Positions 58,730 through 64,000 of a DNA stretch of 64,000 nucleotides are shown here, piece after piece. Within the stretch, counting starts at the first letter, position 1. Every line of letters starts with the position of its first letter. The DNA comes from an uncultured virus (IMG/VR IMGVR_UViG_3300034061_005432) (Duplodnaviria; Heunggongvirae; Uroviricota; Caudoviricetes), in the IMG/VR virus record IMGVR_UViG_3300034061_005432, positions 1 through 64,000 of that record. One strand, written 5' to 3'. The notes beneath the pieces were generated by a model. The model saw only the letters and a list, made by a program, of their open reading frames with translations, was not told the origin of the DNA and did no database searches. Both the position numbers and the translations under genes were made by a program.

Positions 58730-61700
58730 ATGGCTTCATCAACAAAAGTATTTGTGTCTCCTGGTGTGTATACATCTGAAAGAGATTTAACATTTGTTGC
58801 ACAGAGTGTGGGTGTAACAACTCTTGGTTTGGTGGGTGAGACTTTACAAGGTCCAGCTTTCGAACCAATTTTTATAACAAATTTTGATGAGTACCAAGTG
58901 TATTTTGGTGGTACTAGTCCTGAAAAATTTGTTAACACACAAATCCCTAAATATGAAACTTCATATATCGCTAAATCTTACTTACAACAATCAAATCAGT
59001 TGTTTGTGACAAGAGTTTTAGGTTTATCAGGATATGATGCTGGACCGTCTTGGTCTATTACCACTATAGGTAATATAGATCCTGCGACTTTATCGGCAAC
59101 AACTAGTACAGGACCTCAAACAGTACAGTTTACAGGTACCACAGGATCAAGTGCTAATATTACTATCACATCAGTACCTGCTGGATTAAGTTCTGATTTT
59201 TACAGTACTTACACACAATATGACGGTGGAACTTCATCTTTAAATGCTGATTTCCAATCCTACATTTCCACCCAACTCGGATACTATGTAGCAGCATCAC
59301 CACTTACGGGTACAACTTCACAATTCTGGGGTTCTGTAAGTCAATCAACCGCAAACTCAACAACAGGTGTTACATTAAACGGTTCGGGTACGGTCTCAGC
59401 ATCTACCGAAACTTTCGGAGTTCCAAGTATATTGTTTACTTCTACAAATGTTTCGGCATCCACAAACGATGCTTGGTACTATGCATTATTTGATTATACT
59501 CCAGCATCACCGACAGGTACTTATGCGGGTTATGGTTTTGGCGCATCAATGGCCACTATCACTACAGGTGCAACGGCAGGAACATATTCAGGTACTGTTT
59601 CTGTATTCTATAGTAACTATGTTGCAACCGCAAACACAACATGGGATAATGTTGTAGTTACAACATTAAGATCACGAGGTATTACCAATTATTCTTCATC
59701 ACAAAACGGACCACTTTATCAAGTAACGGGCACAACAGATGTGAGTATGGTTTGTACAGGTGCATACTCAGGTGTGTCGACAGACCCATATGCAACATTC
59801 TTAATTACCGGTACAACAAAAGATTCTGACACTTTCAGTTTTGAAACGTCGATGCTTACTTCGGATTCGGAATATATTTCTAAAGTATTCGGTAGAAGTA
59901 ATTTTGCAAAAGACAGAACAGAAGTTCCATTATTTGTTGAGGAGGTTTATAGTAGTCTTCTTTTAAATGGTTATAGACAAGGTTATGTCAGAGGTTTAAA
60001 TTGTAATTTAGTTGAATTAAATAGTGCTAAATCATTAGCTACAAACTCAATCGGGTTTTACATGGAGCAGTATCAGACTCCTGAGACACCATATGTTGTT
60101 TCTGAATTGAGGGGTAATAAAGTATACAAACTTTTTAAATTCAAATTAATTTCTGATGGTAATGCGGCAAACAGATTAGTTAAAATATCAATTGCAAATA
60201 TGTCATTTAACAACAGAACATTTGATGTGTTTGTTAGAGATTTCTACGATAATGATCAAAATGTGAGAGTAATTGAAAGTTTTACAAACTGTTCATTAGA
60301 CCCAACTCAAAACAACTTTGTTGCTAATAAAATTGGTACATCAAACGGAGAATATAACTTGAATTCAAAATATATAATGTTAGAAATGAGTGATGAGGCA
60401 CCTGAAGACGCATTACCATGTGGTTTTGAGGGTTACACCATGAGATTATATGATGATGCAACACCTCCATTCATTGTTTACAAAACTAAATATTTGAAAC
60501 CTGGTGACTTAATTTATAACCCACCTTTCGGATCTACTTCAGGGGGAGACAATTCAGTAATTTCAAATGGTGAAAACCCAAGAAAGGCATACTTAGGTAT
60601 TTCTAACATCACCGGAGTTGACTACGACTTCTTCGATTACAAAGGTAAACAACAACCTGCGAACATAGCAACAGATACTACAGGTCCTGAATGGAACTAC
60701 CAAGTTAAAGGTTTCCACATGGATAGTGGGGCCACTGTGGTAACAATCGCAGCAGGATTTAACACTTCTGGTGAAACGGCATTCGAAGTAGGTGTCGGGT
60801 CATTTAATTCTGAACCAACCGATGTAGACAACCCATACTATCGTTTGAATACTCGTAAGTTTACATTGTATCCTGCGGGTGGTTTTGACGGATGGGACAT
60901 CTATAGAGAATACAGAACAAACGCCGATACATACGCACTTGGTCAAACAGGTTATAAATTTGGTGCAGCTCCATCCACAACTTATCCAACAGCAACTGGA
61001 TGGGGAGCTTTCAAACAAATTTCAGGACCTAACCAAGAGGTTTGGGCAAACACTGACTACTACGCTTACAAATGGGGTCAAACAACCTTCAATAATCCTG
61101 AAGCGGTAAACATCAATATATTTACAACACCGGGTATCGATTATGTGAACAACTCTAACTTGGTTGAAGACGCAATTGATTTAATTGAATCAGATAGAGC
61201 AGACTCAATTTACATTTGTACTACTCCTGATTTTAACATGTTCTTACCAACATGGAATGATGTGTCAGAAGGTTTAATATACCCACAAGAAGCTGTGGAC
61301 AACTTAGAGGAGACAGGAATTGACTCTAACTACACGGCTACTTACTACCCATGGGTATTAACAAGAGATACTGTGAACAATACACAAATCTATTTACCAC
61401 CAACGGCTGAAGTTGTAAGAAACTTAGCTTTGACTGATAATATTGCTTTCCCTTGGTTCGCATCTGCAGGATATACAAGAGGTTTGGTAAATTCAATCAA
61501 AGCAAGAAGAAAACTTACACAAGAAGATAGAGACACACTTTACAAAGGTAGAATTAACCCAATTGCAACTTTCTCAGATGTGGGTACAGTAATTTGGGGT
61601 AATAAAACTTTACAAATTAAAGAGTCTGCGCTTGACAGAATTAATGTTAGAAGACTATTACTTCAAGCTCGTAAATTGATTTCGGCAGTGGCAATCAGAT

Positions 61701-61945
61701 TGTTGTTCGAACAAAATGATGATAAAGTTAGACAAGATTTCTTGGATTCAGTAAACCCAATTTTGGATCAAATTAGAAGAGACCGAGGTTTGATTGACTT
61801 TAGAGTTACAGTTTCTAACACACCTGAAGATTTGGATTCCAATACTTTAACGGGTAAAATATTCTTGAAACCTACAAGAGCATTAGAATACATCGACATC
61901 GAGTTTGTTATTACACCAACAGGAGCATCTTTTGATGATGTATAA
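58730..61945 (+). CDS. tail sheath protein (gp18-like)
   Basis: SPGVY, PWFASAGYTRG, RDTLYKGRINPI, WGNKTL, DRINVRRL. Confidence 0.95.
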   Translation: MASSTKVFVSPGVYTSERDLTFVAQSVGVTTLGLVGETLQGPAFEPIFITNFDEYQVYFGGTSPEKFVNTQIPKYETSYIAKSYLQQSNQLFVTRVLGLSGYDAGPSWSITTIGNIDPATLSATTSTGPQTVQFTGTTGSSANITITSVPAGLSSDFYSTYTQYDGGTSSLNADFQSYISTQLGYYVAASPLTGTTSQFWGSVSQSTANSTTGVTLNGSGTVSASTETFGVPSILFTSTNVSASTNDAWYYALFDYTPASPTGTYAGYGFGASMATITTGATAGTYSGTVSVFYSNYVATANTTWDNVVVTTLRSRGITNYSSSQNGPLYQVTGTTDVSMVCTGAYSGVSTDPYATFLITGTTKDSDTFSFETSMLTSDSEYISKVFGRSNFAKDRTEVPLFVEEVYSSLLLNGYRQGYVRGLNCNLVELNSAKSLATNSIGFYMEQYQTPETPYVVSELRGNKVYKLFKFKLISDGNAANRLVKISIANMSFNNRTFDVFVRDFYDNDQNVRVIESFTNCSLDPTQNNFVANKIGTSNGEYNLNSKYIMLEMSDEAPEDALPCGFEGYTMRLYDDATPPFIVYKTKYLKPGDLIYNPPFGSTSGGDNSVISNGENPRKAYLGISNITGVDYDFFDYKGKQQPANIATDTTGPEWNYQVKGFHMDSGATVVTIAAGFNTSGETAFEVGVGSFNSEPTDVDNPYYRLNTRKFTLYPAGGFDGWDIYREYRTNADTYALGQTGYKFGAAPSTTYPTATGWGAFKQISGPNQEVWANTDYYAYKWGQTTFNNPEAVNINIFTTPGIDYVNNSNLVEDAIDLIESDRADSIYICTTPDFNMFLPTWNDVSEGLIYPQEAVDNLEETGIDSNYTATYYPWVLTRDTVNNTQIYLPPTAEVVRNLALTDNIAFPWFASAGYTRGLVNSIKARRKLTQEDRDTLYKGRINPIATFSDVGTVIWGNKTLQIKESALDRINVRRLLLQARKLISAVAIRLLFEQNDDKVRQDFLDSVNPILDQIRRDRGLIDFRVTVSNTPEDLDSNTLTGKIFLKPTRALEYIDIEFVITPTGASFDDV

Positions 61946-61959
61946 TAGAAAATAAAAAT

Positions 61960-61984
61960 GGGGGATAGAAATATCCCCCTTATT
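61960..61984 (+). terminator. hairpin terminator after the sheath gene
   Basis: GGGGGATA-GAAA-TATCCCCC-TTATT. Confidence 0.75.
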
Positions 61985-61985
61985 A

Positions 61986-61993
61986 TATTTATA
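61986..61993 (+). promoter_or_regulatory. putative late promoter motif TATTTATA
   Basis: 10 nt before ATG 62004. Confidence 0.55.
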
Positions 61994-62003
61994 TTAAAAG
62001 ACT

Positions 62004-62141
62004 ATGAAAATAGAGAAAAAAATTATCAAAGAAAGTATAGGGGACAAGAAAATGAGTCCTGAAACTTTTTCTACACAAAAACAAAACATTATTTTAACTG
62101 AATCTCAGTTGGACACATTATTGAAGAAAATTAGAAAATAA
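62004..62141 (+). CDS. 45-aa microprotein (absent from the ORF track)
   Basis: MKIEKKIIKESIGDKKMSPETFSTQKQNIILTESQLDTLLKKIRK; TAATG overlap with the next gene. Confidence 0.65.
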   Translation: MKIEKKIIKESIGDKKMSPETFSTQKQNIILTESQLDTLLKKIRK

Positions 62142-63025
62142 TGAATGTAAAAAAACATGTTTACAACTATTTGAACAGAATAGTGTCGGAGGGTATTGAT
62201 GAAACAGGCACACCTGACACTAAATATTATGCATTCGATTGGGATGATAATATTGTTTATATGCCAACGCAAATTATAGTATTGACCGAAAATGATGATG
62301 AAATCGGTATGTCTACCGAAGATTTTGCAGAACACAGACACAAAATTGGAGTTGAACCCTTTTATTATAAGGGAACTACTGTTGTTGGGTTTGCAAAGGA
62401 CTCATTTAAATTTTTCAAAGAAATGGGTGACAAAAGGTTTGTTATTGACTCAATGCTTGCTAAACCAGGACCATCATGGAATGACTTTGTTGAATGTATA
62501 AACGGTGGATCAATATTTGCGATTATCACGGCCAGAGGGCATAACCCTTCGGCTTTAAGAGAAGGTGTGTATAACTTTATTGTTAGTAACCACAACGGTA
62601 TCAATAGTAAGTTACTAGTTGAAAACTTAAAAAAGTACCGAAATTTTTTCTCAGAAGATGAAATGGTGACCGAACAAATAGATGTCAATTTTTCTGACAA
62701 AGAGTTAATTGACGAATATTTGGACCTTTGTGTTTATGAACCCGTAACTTTTGGACAAGGAAGTGCTGCCAATCCTGAGAAATTAAAAATTATAGCAATG
62801 AGAAAGTTCATAAGTTACTGTCAAGGATTAGCTGATGAGATCGGGAAAAAAGCTTATTTCAAAAACGGTGTCGCTAATAATGAGATTATATTACAGATCG
62901 GTTTTTCAGATGACGATGAAGGTAATGTAAAATCAATAGATAATTTAGTGTCTCAAGAATATCCAGATGTTCCTATATCCGTATATCTAACAAAAGGAGA
63001 TGAAAAAGTTAAATATAATAAGTAA
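62141..63025 (+). CDS. HAD-superfamily hydrolase
   Basis: YAFDWDDNI (motif I), IITARGH (motif II), K, IGFSDDD (motif IV). Confidence 0.7.
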   Translation: MNVKKHVYNYLNRIVSEGIDETGTPDTKYYAFDWDDNIVYMPTQIIVLTENDDEIGMSTEDFAEHRHKIGVEPFYYKGTTVVGFAKDSFKFFKEMGDKRFVIDSMLAKPGPSWNDFVECINGGSIFAIITARGHNPSALREGVYNFIVSNHNGINSKLLVENLKKYRNFFSEDEMVTEQIDVNFSDKELIDEYLDLCVYEPVTFGQGSAANPEKLKIIAMRKFISYCQGLADEIGKKAYFKNGVANNEIILQIGFSDDDEGNVKSIDNLVSQEYPDVPISVYLTKGDEKVKYNK

Positions 63026-63096
63026 TTAAGTAACTTTCTAGTTAAAGAATATTTTAAAAATACTTGGAAGTAAATAGAAAAATTTGAAACAAGGTA

Positions 63097-63104
63097 TATT
63101 TATA
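63097..63104 (+). promoter_or_regulatory. putative late promoter motif TATTTATA
   Basis: Upstream of the tube ATG 63138. Confidence 0.6.
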
Positions 63105-63137
63105 ATAAAAATAAAAGAAAAAACAAAAATTTAAACA

Positions 63138-63626
63138 ATGGCTGATTTGTTAATGAAAATGCCCTTTCAGTATGAACCTAAAAGAGCTAACCGATTTATA
63201 TTGACTTTCCCAACATCTTTGGGAATCAATTCTTGGTATGTAGAAAGCACATCAAGACCAAGCATAAAAATAGAATCAAAAGATATCGCCTTTTTAAATA
63301 CTAAAACATATGTGGCTGGTAACTTCGAGTGGGAACCTATTAGTGTTAAGTTTAGAGACCCTATTGGACCATCAGCTGCACAAGCACTAATGGAGTGGGT
63401 TCGTTTACACGCTGAGTCCGTAACAGGTCGTATGGGTTACGCTGCGGGGTATAAAAAAGACATCGATTTAGAAATGTTAGACCCAACAGGAGTTGCGGTT
63501 GAAAAGTGGATATTACAAGGTTGTTTCCTAACCGATGTTAAATTTGGTGACTTAGGTTATGATAAGACTGACATCATGACTATTGATGCGACATTAAGAC
63601 CTGATCGTTGTATATTAGTTTACTAA
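63138..63626 (+). CDS. tail tube protein (gp19-like)
   Basis: EPKRANRF, WEPISVKFRD, LEMLDPTG..VEKW.LQGCF; follows the sheath gene. Confidence 0.85.
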   Translation: MADLLMKMPFQYEPKRANRFILTFPTSLGINSWYVESTSRPSIKIESKDIAFLNTKTYVAGNFEWEPISVKFRDPIGPSAAQALMEWVRLHAESVTGRMGYAAGYKKDIDLEMLDPTGVAVEKWILQGCFLTDVKFGDLGYDKTDIMTIDATLRPDRCILVY

Positions 63627-63649
63627 AATAAAAAATATTATTATGTTCG

Positions 63650-63675
63650 AAACCCACTCACAAGGTGGGTTTTTT
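63650..63675 (+). terminator. rho-independent terminator
   Basis: AAACCCAC-TCACAAG-GTGGGTTT-TTT. Confidence 0.85.
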
Positions 63676-63718
63676 GTTTACATATAATAGATGTAAAGTA
63701 TATTTAAAATAAAAAACT

Positions 63719-64000
63719 ATGAATACAGTCGAATCATATGGACAAATGGACTTCAACTTACCACACGATGTGGTGAAGTTACCAACTAAAGGAATATTTT
63801 ATAAACCTAAAAGGGAAGCATTGAAAGTCGGGTATTTAACGGCTAGTGATGAAAACATGTTGTTGTCACCCAATTTATCGAGTGATGGGGTAATCCCCCT
63901 TTTGATGAAAACTAAAATTTATGAACCTGGATTTGACATTAATCAGCTACTAAATGTAGATGTGCAGGCAATCCTAATTTTTTTAAGAAATACTTCATTT
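63719..64000 (+). CDS. baseplate hub assembly protein (gp26-like), 3'-truncated
   Basis: MNTVESYGQMDFNLPHDVVKLPTKGIFY...LTASDENML...DVQAILIFLRNTSF, open to the window end. Confidence 0.7.
   Translation, partial: MNTVESYGQMDFNLPHDVVKLPTKGIFYKPKREALKVGYLTASDENMLLSPNLSSDGVIPLLMKTKIYEPGFDINQLLNVDVQAILIFLRNTSF

Noticed and set aside
2498..62700. Numerous short antisense or overlapping ORFs in the track (e.g. 11951..12394, 14473..14943, 23159..23623, 44554..45021)
   Set aside because: Shadow frames of well-supported genes, with S/F/L-rich composition typical of antisense translation.
63678..63698. Inverted repeat TTTACAT-N7-ATGTAAA
   Set aside because: Short and AT-rich, and a single instance; could be chance.
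1..64000. Stop-codon reassignment (code 15 or 4), as in some jumbo phages
   Set aside because: Long genes are intact in code 11, and TAG (e.g. 9855, 52267) and TGA (e.g. 7158, 49350) end genes at sensible boundaries.

Overview
This 64 kb window is an AT-rich, densely coding segment of a large T4-like myovirus (probably a jumbo phage) using the standard code; TAA, TAG and TGA all act as stops. The host is probably in Bacteroidota/Flavobacteriia, based on a TTTG-N19-TAnnTTTG promoter, A-rich starts without Shine-Dalgarno (SD) sites, and Bacteroidota-type bS21, ClpC and DUF4494-like genes. Contents: ClpC-like ATPase and a Zn peptidase; the head module (TerL, portal, prohead protease, scaffold, major capsid) with an embedded ribosomal protein bS21; baseplate genes; a gp55-like sigma factor; an ~18.5 kb glycosylation island (about 11 glycosyltransferase-like genes, a Gmd/ColD/ColC-like GDP-colitose pathway, an amidotransferase, PhoH, dUTPase, an exonuclease); a WYL protein; PolB; a peptidase-SOD fusion; an SNF2 helicase; and neck, sheath and tube genes. 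Most notable observations: (1) bS21 is the only gene seen with a strong SD, resembling Flavobacteriales rpsU autoregulation; (2) a sense-strand RTATTTAT motif precedes late genes, six times exactly 3 nt before ATG; (3) an [ST]-G-x-[ST] motif is enriched in virion proteins, a candidate glycosylation sequon; (4) a single in-frame TAA splits the scaffold gene. All assignments are by motif recognition; no database searches were run. No tRNA, rRNA, CRISPR array or mobile element was seen.
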